Virus record (IMG/VR): IMGVR_UViG_2703718810_000005
Span: 1-50,143 of that record
Direction: 5' to 3' (one strand)
Length of the DNA: 50,143 nucleotides
DNA from: a virus
Taxonomy: Duplodnaviria > Heunggongvirae > Uroviricota > Caudoviricetes
Below, in pieces: positions 29,177-38,329 of the stretch. Under the pieces are notes generated by a model. It ran no database searches and was not told the DNA's origin. It saw only the letters and a list, made by a program, of their open reading frames with translations. The translations under genes and the position numbers were made by a program. Every line of letters starts with the position of its first letter. The stretch's first letter is position 1.

Positions 29177-29566
29177 TCAGGCAGCTGCACCCGCCGTTTT
29201 CTCGTACTTACTGATAGTGATCTCGACCTTCCCTTCCGGGATAACCGGTCCCCACTCCACCAGCATTCTTTTCACCTGACTGTCGTCTTCCCACACCCCC
29301 GCGTGGGTCAGGGCGTCAAACAGCGCCTTGTTATAGTTGTCCAGATCGCGGATCCGGTTATCCGGAGGAAACAACACGATCTCCACTGAAGCAGGTGCCG
29401 ACGTTGGTTTCGGCAGACGACGTAACTGCTCAACTATTGCTGCGCACGCCGCGCTCTGGAATTTTCGCCCCGCCGCGCTTATCAGGCTCTTACCAGCAAA
29501 CGCCCCTTTGTTGGGGTTTCGCCAGTACGTGTTCACGCTGGGCGGAAAAGGCAGGATCAGCTTCAT
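29177..29566 (-). CDS. rusA: Holliday junction resolvase RusA family
   Basis: 129 aa, ...LPFPPSVNTYWR...DLDNYNKALFDALTHAGVWEDDSQV... RusA signature. Confidence 0.8.
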   Translation of the reverse strand: MKLILPFPPSVNTYWRNPNKGAFAGKSLISAAGRKFQSAACAAIVEQLRRLPKPTSAPASVEIVLFPPDNRIRDLDNYNKALFDALTHAGVWEDDSQVKRMLVEWGPVIPEGKVEITISKYEKTAGAAA

Positions 29567-29889
29567 ACTTTCAGACCCCTCTCATGTAACCAGTGGGTTG
29601 CACGCAGCCTTGCGTTTTCCTCACCGGCAAGCAGTGCGCGGATAATCCCGACCGCCTCGCTGTCGTCGTCCTTCACCGCGGTATGAAGCGTTATCCCCCG
29701 GGCCACGCCACGCTTTATCGTGATGACGCCTTTTTTCTCCAGTGCGCGAAGATGCTCCACCGCTGCATTCACTGAACGGTATCCCAGCATGGTTGCCACC
29801 TCCTGATTGGTTGGCGGAAAGCCACGCTCTTTCTGATAAGAAATCAGCATATCCAGCACCTGCTGCTGGCATTGAGTTAACGTCGTCAT
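29563..29889 (-). CDS. LexA-N-terminal-like winged-helix DNA-binding protein
   Basis: 108 aa, ...QQQVLDMLISYQKERGFPPTNQEVATMLGYRSVNAAVEHLRALEKKGVI... resembles LexA DNA-binding domain without peptidase domain. Confidence 0.55.
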   Translation of the reverse strand: MTTLTQCQQQVLDMLISYQKERGFPPTNQEVATMLGYRSVNAAVEHLRALEKKGVITIKRGVARGITLHTAVKDDDSEAVGIIRALLAGEENARLRATHWLHERGLKV

Positions 29890-30539
29890 GCCGCCATCTC
29901 CCTGACCAGTTTTTCCGCCTGCTGGCGAACCTGCGCCAGAAAGGCCTCACCACATGCCTCAAGTTCATCGCGCCCGATGTAGCTGATTGCCGGTCCCTTC
30001 CAGGTCTTGTCGAAAACAGCAATAGCACCAGCGAAGAAAGCGCCTGTCGGTACCTGCTTCTCGTCTTTCGGGATAAACCAGACAGGCAGTTCAAAACCAA
30101 TACGCCCGCGAATAAAAGCAATATGATCTGCATCTTCCGGCCACCACACTTCGCTGGTGGCAGCTTTAATCAGGAAAACATAGCGCCCGCCTTTATCACG
30201 CATGGCACTGGCATGCTTCATGATGTAACGCATGCCGGTGATGTATTGCCCCTCATGCTGACTGGCGCGGCTGTATGGGGGATTACCAAAGGCAGCACCT
30301 TTAAGCTCCGCAAGACGTTCTGACCAGTCATGCGCCAGCGCGTTGTCTTCCGCCGTGTAATACGCGGCACATTTGGCGTTATCACCGTCAGTGAACAGAT
30401 CCAGAACAAACGGGCCAAACAGGGTGTTAATTCCCCAGAAAATGTTGTCCGGCGTGCGCCACTGATCGCCCACTTCCTTCAGTTCATGGGCTGGTTTGTT
30501 CCGCAGTTCCACCAGCGCCTGGCAATATTTATTACTCAT
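29886..30539 (-). CDS. Phage DNA N6-adenine methyltransferase
   Basis: ...AAFGNPPYS... catalytic motif; start at MSNKY with TAATG overlap to upstream stop (six-frame ORF extends to 30572). Confidence 0.75.
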   Translation of the reverse strand: MSNKYCQALVELRNKPAHELKEVGDQWRTPDNIFWGINTLFGPFVLDLFTDGDNAKCAAYYTAEDNALAHDWSERLAELKGAAFGNPPYSRASQHEGQYITGMRYIMKHASAMRDKGGRYVFLIKAATSEVWWPEDADHIAFIRGRIGFELPVWFIPKDEKQVPTGAFFAGAIAVFDKTWKGPAISYIGRDELEACGEAFLAQVRQQAEKLVREMAA

Positions 30540-31033
30540 TAAGCCCCCACGTAATTCCCTGACAGATACCACTCTTCACCCGATGCAGCGCGCTTGCTGC
30601 TTTTCCGTAAGCACCGCTCACGACGCGCCAGAAAATTGTTTCGCTCTTGCTGGGAGTGGCTTTCACGGAATGCCGCCATCCACACCGTTGCAGCACGACG
30701 GTATAAGCCCCTGGACTCCAGTTCTTCCGCCTGGCGGGTCAGGCACAAAATCACCCGTGGATCGTTAGTGCCGACATAGAAATTGCGCACAGGTCTGGTT
30801 TCTCGAACTGGTTGTGGTTCCGATTCCTGCGCTCTCTCAGTCAGGCGCGGGAAATGTCTGCGTGTATCTCCTTCACAACGGTGAGCCACACGCCCGCTCT
30901 GACGTAACTTGCTTGCTGACTGCAGAACGCGCTGCCGTGAGTAACCTGCAAAAGCATCCGCAATGTCTCCGGAAGTACACCCCGGATGGGCTTCAATGAA
31001 TTTCTGAACGTCATTCAAAAGACTCATGATCAC
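30539..31033 (-). CDS. PerC-family-like transcriptional regulator
   Basis: 164 aa; C-terminal ...ELESRGLYRRAATVWMAAF...ERNNFLARRERCLRK resembles PerC/Pch signature. Confidence 0.45.
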   Translation of the reverse strand: MIMSLLNDVQKFIEAHPGCTSGDIADAFAGYSRQRVLQSASKLRQSGRVAHRCEGDTRRHFPRLTERAQESEPQPVRETRPVRNFYVGTNDPRVILCLTRQAEELESRGLYRRAATVWMAAFRESHSQQERNNFLARRERCLRKSSKRAASGEEWYLSGNYVGA

Positions 31034-31848
31034 CCCCTGAATCCTGCCGGGATCTGGCTGTAGTCCACGTTGTCGTAACTGGCTTTGAAGTACGGGTCCT
31101 CGCGTCCGGCTACAGATACCGCAGGAACTTCCCAGGATTCTTCGAAATGACGATCCGGGCCAAAGAACGTGACAGCCTGTTTCACAAATTGTGTGCCGCT
31201 GTTACCCATCGCAGATACCCAGCCCGCGTAGCGTTTCACACCTGCCAGCATGGTTTCGGGTTTTACCCCCTCATTCAAACGGGCTTTCCAGGCTTTGAAG
31301 GCTGCAGATTTTGAATTGCCACCAGCACGTTTGGGGTATGCCAGCCATGCCTGCTCAAACTCCGGAGAGTATTCCGATCGGTTTGAACGAACTCGCACAG
31401 ACTCATCAGCAGATGCACCAACAGCTATTGGTTCATTGACTGGTTCTTTGACTGGTTCAAAAGAGTGACTGGTTCTGGGTGAATCTCCTGCACTACCCCC
31501 TGGTGCAACTCCTGCACTACCTGGTGAATTTGCTGCACCAGATAGTGAATTATTTGCACTACCCCCTAGTGAATCTCCTGCACCATCAAGATGAAGGAGA
31601 TAGATATTACTTGAGTTACCTTTTTCACCTTTCCGGGTGACTTTTTTTACCAGCCCGGACTCACAAAGGGCCGCAATATGATTCATCACAGAACGTTTGC
31701 TAATCTCGCACTGGTCAGCAATATGCTGGTAGCTGGGCCAGCACTCACCCTGATCGCTGGCATTATCAGCCAGCTTAATCAGAACCAGTTTTCGCAATGG
31801 ATTTCCCACTCGAATTTTCATCGCTTTAACCATCAACTCCATACTCAT
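31030..31848 (-). CDS. Phage replication initiation protein (N-terminal wHTH, Gly/Ser-rich linker, C-terminal replisome-organiser-like domain)
   Basis: 272 aa; N-terminal ...LRKLVLIKLADNASDQGECWPSYQHIADQCEISKRSVMNHIAALCESGLV...; C-terminal ...EFEQAWLAYPKR...KSAAFKAWK...; iteron-like repeats inside gene. Confidence 0.6.
   Translation of the reverse strand: MSMELMVKAMKIRVGNPLRKLVLIKLADNASDQGECWPSYQHIADQCEISKRSVMNHIAALCESGLVKKVTRKGEKGNSSNIYLLHLDGAGDSLGGSANNSLSGAANSPGSAGVAPGGSAGDSPRTSHSFEPVKEPVNEPIAVGASADESVRVRSNRSEYSPEFEQAWLAYPKRAGGNSKSAAFKAWKARLNEGVKPETMLAGVKRYAGWVSAMGNSGTQFVKQAVTFFGPDRHFEESWEVPAVSVAGREDPYFKASYDNVDYSQIPAGFRG
31437..31600. repeat. Iteron-like direct repeats inside replication gene (candidate ori)
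   Basis: Three copies of tgactggttc and about five ~21 bp repeats (consensus tgGTGAATcTCCTGCACTACC) within 160 bp, coding for the linker. Confidence 0.5.
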
Positions 31849-32069
31849 GCAGCACCTCCGAGATGCTTCATGTTTTTTCCGGAGCGAAAGGCTATAAGCG
31901 GCATACTGACGCGGTAATTACGGCCCAGCGGTTCACAAATCACCTTCTGACATTCACGGTCAACCAGGCTAACACGTAGAACATGCCCTGCAGGCGTGGT
32001 GTACCACTGACCCGGACGAGGACAACGGAAAGTCTGATTGGTAAAACGTTTGAAAATATTCCGGATCAT
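31845..32069 (-). CDS. Hypothetical small protein
   Basis: 74 aa ORF with ATGA-type overlaps to both neighbours. Confidence 0.35.
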   Translation of the reverse strand: MIRNIFKRFTNQTFRCPRPGQWYTTPAGHVLRVSLVDRECQKVICEPLGRNYRVSMPLIAFRSGKNMKHLGGAA

Positions 32070-33217
32070 TTGCGCCCCCTTGCCTCTGAAGGGTTCAGCG
32101 ACAAATTTATGAGACTGGCCAGTAGCGCCGCGTCGTTGATGCGGTCATACAGACTTACAGCCAGCGGGGATTCGGCTTTTGCCAACATGGGATAAAGCTG
32201 CTGCAGCCAGACCTTGTGGATTACCGACAGGTGGGAGTAAAGCACGCTGGCGTTATCTGCGGCATCGCTCAGCGTGGATGGCTTTGAAAGCAGTTTTTCC
32301 ATCTGGTTAAAGGCATTTATGTATGCCTCTTTGAACCGGGCAGCACGTTTACCAGTGAAGCCCATGGCAAGAAACGCAAAACCGTCGCGGGTGATTTGGT
32401 AACAAGGGAGTTTGCGGCCTGATGCGTCGGTGTATTCACTTAACACAAAATTGTGTTCAGTAAATTCAGCGGAACATTCGAGGTTTCTAATTCTATCTAA
32501 AACCCGCTCATGCCGTTTAGTAAAGTAATTAGCTACTGCAAGAGATGTGGTGACAACGCGACCATTGATAATCGTGATTTCAGGGTGAGATTGGGTTGGG
32601 AGAGTAGTCATGGTGACAGCCCCTATGTTGAATTCAATGAACTCACCACCAAGGCTTTCCACGACCATATAGGTGGTGAGACGTACAGGGGTGGAAATAC
32701 CGGTCAACATAGAACCCGGCCCAACCGAAGTTGGCCCTGCACGCCCCACCATAATTTGGGCGTAACGATGCTCATGACACGAAAAAACCGCATGAGCGCG
32801 GTTGTGCTCTATATTGAATTTCGGGTTTCCACGCCCGGCCCCCGCTTTATAAGGTGCCTGAGCAGTGTAACGTCCCGGAATTGCAGAATCAATATGCTGG
32901 TGGTCCTTCACACTCAACAAAATCACGCCTGAATTTCCACAAAGGACTAAAGCACTCATGCGGGTAGTCTTTGCGAAGATAGATAACGCGCTGTGTTTCT
33001 GGCTCCCAACGAATAACATGAACATAAAGTCCTCTTCCGTCACGAAACCAGCGGTTAAGTTCCTGCACAACTCGCCCCCCACAGTCAGGTAAAGTTCTCT
33101 GTGGTTACTTACAGCCAGGTGATTTGGTAATCTGCATTCATGCCGTAACAACAGGTGTTCAGCGACGCTGACCACCAGCTGTTGCGACAAACGGTTATTT
33201 GCCGTTAAACTATTCAT
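32066..33217 (-). CDS. Rha-domain protein with ~200 aa N-terminal extension of unknown function
   Basis: 383 aa ORF; C-terminal half has Rha-like ...INGRVVTTSLAVANYFTKRHERVLDRIRNLE...; internal ATG at 32611 could be the true start of a shorter Rha protein. Confidence 0.5.
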   Translation of the reverse strand: MNSLTANNRLSQQLVVSVAEHLLLRHECRLPNHLAVSNHRELYLTVGGELCRNLTAGFVTEEDFMFMLFVGSQKHSALSIFAKTTRMSALVLCGNSGVILLSVKDHQHIDSAIPGRYTAQAPYKAGAGRGNPKFNIEHNRAHAVFSCHEHRYAQIMVGRAGPTSVGPGSMLTGISTPVRLTTYMVVESLGGEFIEFNIGAVTMTTLPTQSHPEITIINGRVVTTSLAVANYFTKRHERVLDRIRNLECSAEFTEHNFVLSEYTDASGRKLPCYQITRDGFAFLAMGFTGKRAARFKEAYINAFNQMEKLLSKPSTLSDAADNASVLYSHLSVIHKVWLQQLYPMLAKAESPLAVSLYDRINDAALLASLINLSLNPSEARGRK

Positions 33218-33771
33218 GCGTTAGTTTCTCCACAACCAGAAGCAATCGACGCCACGACGCCCGGAGCTGCACACTCGCGGGCGTTACTCTTTTCTGGAGC
33301 GCAGAAGATTTTGTAGACCAGTGCTGCATGCTCCTGGAGCTTCGAAATTGAAAGATACAGTTCGTCGTTAATTGCTGTCTTCTCATGCGGTTCCACTACC
33401 CCATCTTCGATTGCCGAACGAATCTGCTTTGAGTAACTCCCGATCTGTTCGATGACTTCCAGCAGACGCTGGTTAATATCGGCGTTGTCCACATCCTCGA
33501 CGTCAGGAAGAGACACAAAGACGCCATTTGCAGACTGCGCCACAGCGTCAGCAATGAAGTGAGTTCCACCAGCACGTTGTAAAATCATTGCCCATCCCAG
33601 CGGGAAAATCTGATCGCCATCTGCACGAAGGCGGTTGAATAATGCGTTCTCTGTTACATCCAGCCACTCAGCAGCTTCAGCGTAACCCCCCGGCAACGCC
33701 GCGATAGTTTTTCTGACAGCTTTCACGTACCACTCAGGCTGTTTTTCCACTTTCCAGTGATGATTACCCAC
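33214..33771 (-). CDS. YdaT-like regulatory protein (cII-position gene)
   Basis: 185 aa, immediately downstream of cro-like gene; ...GGTHFIADAVAQSANGVFVSLP... resembles YdaT family. Confidence 0.5.
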   Translation of the reverse strand: MGNHHWKVEKQPEWYVKAVRKTIAALPGGYAEAAEWLDVTENALFNRLRADGDQIFPLGWAMILQRAGGTHFIADAVAQSANGVFVSLPDVEDVDNADINQRLLEVIEQIGSYSKQIRSAIEDGVVEPHEKTAINDELYLSISKLQEHAALVYKIFCAPEKSNARECAAPGVVASIASGCGETNA

Positions 33772-34024
33772 GGCTTACCTCCTGTTCCTGTGGTTTAAAC
33801 CCATTCTGGTTTTGGCTAGATTGAAAACGTGCCGGATAAAGAATCTGCATTTCGCTGATTTCTCCCTTAAAAAAATTGGCCAGACGCTCTGCCAGATCGA
33901 TAGATGGAATTTGTTCCAGTCTTTCAATACGACTCAGCGTCGCTGGATTGACCTGAACGCCCGCAGCAACATGCTGCAAAGTAAATCCGTGCGCCTTACG
34001 CACATTCCGTAATGGTGATTGCAT
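33764..34024 (-). CDS. cro: Cro-like HTH repressor (XRE family)
   Basis: 86 aa, ...VRKAHGFTLQHVAAGVQVNPATLSRIERLEQIPSIDLAERLANFF...; GGAGG RBS; divergent from cI. Confidence 0.8.
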   Translation of the reverse strand: MQSPLRNVRKAHGFTLQHVAAGVQVNPATLSRIERLEQIPSIDLAERLANFFKGEISEMQILYPARFQSSQNQNGFKPQEQEVSRG

Positions 34025-34121
34025 ATAACCTCCACATATTGCGTGATGAGCATATTATTTCACGCAAATATTTTGCGCAAGTTGATTTGCTTAACGCGCA
34101 ATAAAGAAATGTAATAAACGC
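34025..34121. promoter_or_regulatory. Immunity operator region (OR-like) with divergent promoters
   Basis: Palindromic half-sites TTGCGTGA-N13-TCACGCAA and TTGCGCAA...ACGCGCAA between cro and cI; TAATAA hexamer 4 nt upstream of cI ATG. Confidence 0.65.
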
Positions 34122-34814
34122 ATGAACATAGGAAATCGAGTCAGACAACTTCGCCAGGCGAAGAACATGAAAATCGCCGATCTCGCTGAAGCAATAGGAG
34201 TGGATGCGGCGAATATCTCGCGCCTCGAAACAGGTAAGCAGAAACAATTCACTGAACAAGCCCTGAGTAATATTGCCAGGAGCTTAGGTGTTGATATTGC
34301 TGATCTCTTTACCTCAGACCTCAAAAGTAATACTGTATGTAAAAACAGTATTAGTGAGGATGTTGCGCAGGTGAAGGATGTATTCCGTATTGAAATGCTG
34401 GATGTCAGTGCCAGTGCGGGAAATGGCCTTATCCAGGGCGGTGATGTCATTGATGTGATTCATGCCATTGAATACAGAACTGATAATGCTGTATCGATGT
34501 TTGGTGGACGACCAGCAAATCACATTAAAGTTATCAACGTTCGTGGGGACAGTATGTGTCCAACCATTGAGCCAGGAGATCTCATCTTCGTTGATATCAG
34601 TATCAATCAGTTTGATGGGGATGGTATATATGTATTTGGTTTTGATGATAAAATTTACGTCAAACGACTGCAAATGATACCTGATAAACTGCTGGTAATT
34701 TCTGATAATCAGATTTACCGCGAATGGGGAATTACCAGCGAAAACGAACATCGGTTTATGGTCTTTGGAAAGGTCTTAATCAGTCAGTCACAAACCCTTA
34801 AGCGACACAATTAA
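34122..34814 (+). CDS. cI: CI-type prophage repressor (HTH + S24 LexA-like peptidase)
   Basis: 230 aa; N-terminal ...RVRQLRQAKNMKIADLAEAIGVDAANISRLETGK...; C-terminal ...GDSMCPTIEPGDLIFVD... and ...KRLQ... S24 motifs. Confidence 0.85.
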   Translation: MNIGNRVRQLRQAKNMKIADLAEAIGVDAANISRLETGKQKQFTEQALSNIARSLGVDIADLFTSDLKSNTVCKNSISEDVAQVKDVFRIEMLDVSASAGNGLIQGGDVIDVIHAIEYRTDNAVSMFGGRPANHIKVINVRGDSMCPTIEPGDLIFVDISINQFDGDGIYVFGFDDKIYVKRLQMIPDKLLVISDNQIYREWGITSENEHRFMVFGKVLISQSQTLKRHN

Positions 34815-34835
34815 CCCCCTACCTCAATATCAATT

Positions 34836-34857
34836 AGCCACCAGAAGGTGGCTTTTC
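34836..34857 (+). terminator. Intrinsic terminator after cI
   Basis: agccacc-agaa-ggtggct followed by TTTT. Confidence 0.6.
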
Positions 34858-34879
34858 ATTACCCACCAAATTGCATATC

Positions 34880-34930
34880 TCGCAATAAAAACACTTGCAT
34901 AATGCGCAACTTCATTTTATCTTTCTTTCC
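34880..34930 (+). promoter_or_regulatory. Candidate OL/pL region
   Basis: TTGCAT-N17-TATCTT with operator-like TGCGCAA/TCGCAA half-sites as in OR. Confidence 0.4.
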
Positions 34931-35354
34931 AGACATACAAACAAGGTACTAACAAAATTTGGTTGTAACACGGCGTATGGCACATGCGTCGTTAGCGGTC
35001 TGGGGACGTTAAAGGGGACAATCCACTCCTTGCTCGGGCAAACAAACCAGGTAGCCGGAATGTGCAAGTCAATGATGATGCTGATAAGACGCCTAACCAG
35101 CGTGGCGGTTCGGTTTGACACCTGGGAAGAGACCAGGGTGCAACGATGAGGGCATTTATGGAACCGCGACAAAGTGTGGTGCCGTAACTGGCTAAGTGCT
35201 CTCAGCGTTGTGGTGAATGCGCAGGCTGATGCGCGAAAGACATTGCAGCTATTGCGGAAAAGAGCTGTTCGGCGGGGCAATTAAACGCCCGTGAGAGTCT
35301 GAAATAACCGCAAGCCGGAGATCAGCACCGGTCACCACAACAGCCACTGCTTTG

Positions 35355-35400
35355 GCGGTACCAGTTTGTACACTTGCTTCCGGCTGGTACCGCTCTTTTT
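35355..35400 (+). terminator. Strong hairpin plus T-run in pL leader (terminator or regulatory structure); T-run overlaps boxA-like CGCTCTTTTTACAA
   Basis: 10 bp perfect stem gcggtaccag/ctggtaccgc with 19 nt loop followed by tcTTTTT. Confidence 0.55.
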
Positions 35401-35537
35401 ACAAAACAGAGAAGAGCATCACCGGACGACGGGCTCATAACCCAATCCATCCGGGCGGCTGCCACCGCAGGTGTTCTTCTCTGTTTTGTGGAGAAACCAA
35501 CCGACCTTGCAGGGTCGATATGATGAGGAGCAACAAA

Positions 35538-35900
35538 ATGGCTAGCGAACGCAGTACTGATGTGCAGGCATTTATCGGGGAGCTGGACGGCGGCGTATTT
35601 GAAACAAAAATCTGCGCAGTTCTCAGTGAAGTCGCTTCCGGTGTGATGAACACGAAAACCAAAGGTAAGGTCTCGCTCAACCTGGAAATCGAACCGTTTG
35701 ATGAGAACCGTGTGAAAATCAAACACAAACTCTCATATGTTCGCCCGACTAACCGCGGGAAAATTTCCGAAGAAGACACCACCGAAACGCCGATGTATGT
35801 CAATCGCGGTGGTCGCCTTACTATTCTGCAGGAAGACCAGGGACAATTACTGACTCTTGCCGGTGAGCCTGACGGAAAACTCCGCGCAGCAGGTCATTAA
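35538..35900 (+). CDS. YfdP-like prophage protein
   Basis: 120 aa from MASERSTDVQAF...; GAGGAG RBS 7 nt upstream; size and position match yfdP of CPS-53-type prophages. Confidence 0.6.
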   Translation: MASERSTDVQAFIGELDGGVFETKICAVLSEVASGVMNTKTKGKVSLNLEIEPFDENRVKIKHKLSYVRPTNRGKISEEDTTETPMYVNRGGRLTILQEDQGQLLTLAGEPDGKLRAAGH

Positions 35901-35965
35901 TATCGTTCTTAATTAACTGATTATTTATCTCATCACTGAATATCTTAATATAGTGAGGACTTATT

Positions 35966-36790
35966 ATGTCTCAGAACTTAGACGCAACCGCAATTAATCA
36001 AATCCATGCCCTTATTTCTGCTCAGGGTGTTAATGAAATTATCAGTAAGATTGGTGCCGACGCAGTGGCATTACCTGAAAATTTCCGCATTCATGATCTG
36101 GAAAAATTTAATTTAAATCGCTTCCGTTTCCGTGGTGCGCTTTCCACTGCCAGCATCGATGACTTTACCCGTTATTCTAAAGATCTTGCAGATGAAGGCA
36201 CCCGCTGCTTTATCGATGCCGATAATATGCGTGCCGTCAGTGTGCTTAACCTGGGTACTATTGATGAACCAGGTCACGCAGATAACACCGCCACTCTCAA
36301 ACTGAAAAAGACAGCACAGTTCTCTGCTCTGTTGTCTGTTAACGGCGAGCGTAACTCCCAGAAGTCACTGGCAGAATGGATTGAAGACTGGGCCGACTAC
36401 CTTGTGGGCTTTGATGCTAATGGTGACGCCATTCAGGCAACAAAAGCGGCTGCGGCAGTCCGTAAAATCACAATTGAAGCGAACCAGACTGCTGATTTTG
36501 AAGACAATGACTTCAGCGGCAAACGCTCCCTGATGGAGTCTGTCGAAGCGAAGACCAAAGACATTATGCCAGTGGCATTTGAATTTAAATGCGTTCCGTT
36601 TGAAGGCCTGAAAGAACGTCCATTTAAATTACGACTCAGCATTATCACTGGTGATCGCCCTGTACTGGTTCTGCGCATTATTCAGCTGGAAGCAGTGCAG
36701 GAAGAAATGGCTAACGAATTTCGTGATCTGCTTGTTGAGAAATTCAAAGACAGCAAAGTCGAAACCTTTATTGGTACTTTCACCGCCTGA
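35966..36790 (+). CDS. YfdQ-like prophage protein
   Basis: 274 aa, same size and order as yfdQ. Confidence 0.6.
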   Translation: MSQNLDATAINQIHALISAQGVNEIISKIGADAVALPENFRIHDLEKFNLNRFRFRGALSTASIDDFTRYSKDLADEGTRCFIDADNMRAVSVLNLGTIDEPGHADNTATLKLKKTAQFSALLSVNGERNSQKSLAEWIEDWADYLVGFDANGDAIQATKAAAAVRKITIEANQTADFEDNDFSGKRSLMESVEAKTKDIMPVAFEFKCVPFEGLKERPFKLRLSIITGDRPVLVLRIIQLEAVQEEMANEFRDLLVEKFKDSKVETFIGTFTA

Positions 36791-36917
36791 TTTCATTACT
36801 GCAAATGCCCCTGCGGGGGCATTTATGGAAACGTAATTAACTCAATAATCACCGGATGGTGAGGGCTTCCTTTTACCAGAATTCAGCGCGCTGCAGCGCA
36901 TATACGTGGAGAACAAA

Positions 36918-37454
36918 ATGTCATTTATTAAAACTTTTTCCGGGAAGCATTTTTATTATGACAGGATAAATAAAGACGACATCGTGATTAACGATATCGC
37001 AGTTTCCCTCTCAAATATCTGTCGCTTTGCAGGGCATCTTTCACACTTCTACAGCGTCGCCCAACATGCGGTGCTTTGCAGCCAGCTGGTACCGCAGGAG
37101 TTTGCTTTCGAAGCGTTAATGCATGATGCAACAGAAGCGTATTGTCAGGACATCCCCGCGCCACTGAAACGCCTTCTTCCTGACTATAAACGGATGGAAG
37201 AAAAAATAGACGCCGTAATCCGTGAGAAATACGGGTTACCCCCGGTTATGAGCACGCCCGTGAAATATGCCGATCTCATCATGCTGGCAACCGAACGCCG
37301 CGATCTCGGGCTTGATGATGGCTCTTTCTGGCCTGTACTGGAAGGTATCCCGGCAACAGAGATGTTCAAAGTGATTCCACTGTCGCCAGGCCATGCCTAC
37401 GGGATGTTTATGGAACGTTTTAACGAGTTATCGGAGTTACGCAAATGCGCATGA
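36918..37454 (+). CDS. HD-domain phosphohydrolase (YfdR-like 5'-deoxynucleotidase)
   Basis: 178 aa from MSFIKTF; ...HLSHFYSVAQHAVLC... and ...MHDATEAY... HD motifs; GGAGAA RBS. Confidence 0.7.
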   Translation: MSFIKTFSGKHFYYDRINKDDIVINDIAVSLSNICRFAGHLSHFYSVAQHAVLCSQLVPQEFAFEALMHDATEAYCQDIPAPLKRLLPDYKRMEEKIDAVIREKYGLPPVMSTPVKYADLIMLATERRDLGLDDGSFWPVLEGIPATEMFKVIPLSPGHAYGMFMERFNELSELRKCA

Positions 37455-37795
37455 ATGTTTTCGAAATGGAAGGGTTTCTTCGCGGGAAATGTGTACCACG
37501 AGATCTGAAAGTGAATGAAACAAATGCTGAGTATCTGGTGCGTAAATTCGATGAAGTACGTGCTGAGGCTCGCAACGAGGGTATTAACTATACCGCAAGC
37601 CGTCTTGCTGCGGCTTTCAATCACGGATTTATCAATAAGTCTTTACGTGAAGTTTTCGACGTTACACGCATGATTCTGTCAGCGAAAGAAGAGTTGGCTA
37701 ATGAACCACACCCGATTGATGGCCTGTCCGGTGAATATGCGGAGAAATCCCTAGAAGAATGGGCGGAACAGATTCGCAAAGGAGGCAACCAGTGA
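37445..37795 (+). CDS. YfdS-like prophage protein
   Basis: 116 aa, overlaps upstream stop. Confidence 0.5.
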   Translation: MRMNVFEMEGFLRGKCVPRDLKVNETNAEYLVRKFDEVRAEARNEGINYTASRLAAAFNHGFINKSLREVFDVTRMILSAKEELANEPHPIDGLSGEYAEKSLEEWAEQIRKGGNQ

Positions 37796-38328
37796 GCGAA
37801 ATTAATTACCAGGTACTGCGTGAGGTGGCGGAACGTGCAATTCCAGCAATGGAACGCCTGTTAATGTTGCCAGCTGATGATGATTTGTTAAGTGAACAGG
37901 AACTTAAAGATTACGGTGTGGATATTGATGCGCTCAATGCCTTCAAATTTCTGACCGAACCAGAAACCGTGCTGGCACTACTGGATGAACGGGAAAGAAA
38001 CCAGCAATACATCAAACGCCGCGACCAGGAGAACGAGGATATTGCGCTTACGGTTGGGAAGCTGCGCGTTGAGCTTGAAGCAGCAAAATCAAAACTCAAC
38101 GAGCAGCGCGAGTATTACGAGGGAGTTATCTCTGATGGGTGCAAGCGTATTGCTGAACTGGAAGCGCGGGAAGTTCAATTACCGACTCGCTACGACCTTC
38201 GATATGGACACCCGATAAATGCAGATGAGCGACAAGTCATGATACCTAAAGAAAATGGCAGTTGGCTTTACCTGATTGACCTAGAACACGCATTACGCGT
38301 CGCTGACATTCGCATCAAAGGAGAGTGA
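37793..38328 (+). CDS. Hypothetical coiled-coil protein
   Basis: GTG start overlapping upstream TGA, preceded by AAAGGAGG; central coiled-coil. Confidence 0.5.
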
Positions 38329-38329
38329 T

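Noticed and set aside
34860-35537. N antiterminator gene or 84 aa ORF (34895-35149) as N
   Set aside because: No ORF here has the Arg-rich N-terminal motif of N proteins; the 84 aa ORF overlaps the predicted promoter/operator; the 122 aa minus-strand ORF (34912-35280) is antisense with no RBS.
35322-35803. Minus-strand ORFs of 134 aa and 122 aa overlapping the pL leader and the yfdP-like gene
   Set aside because: Antisense to a gene with a good RBS and to a structured leader; no start context.
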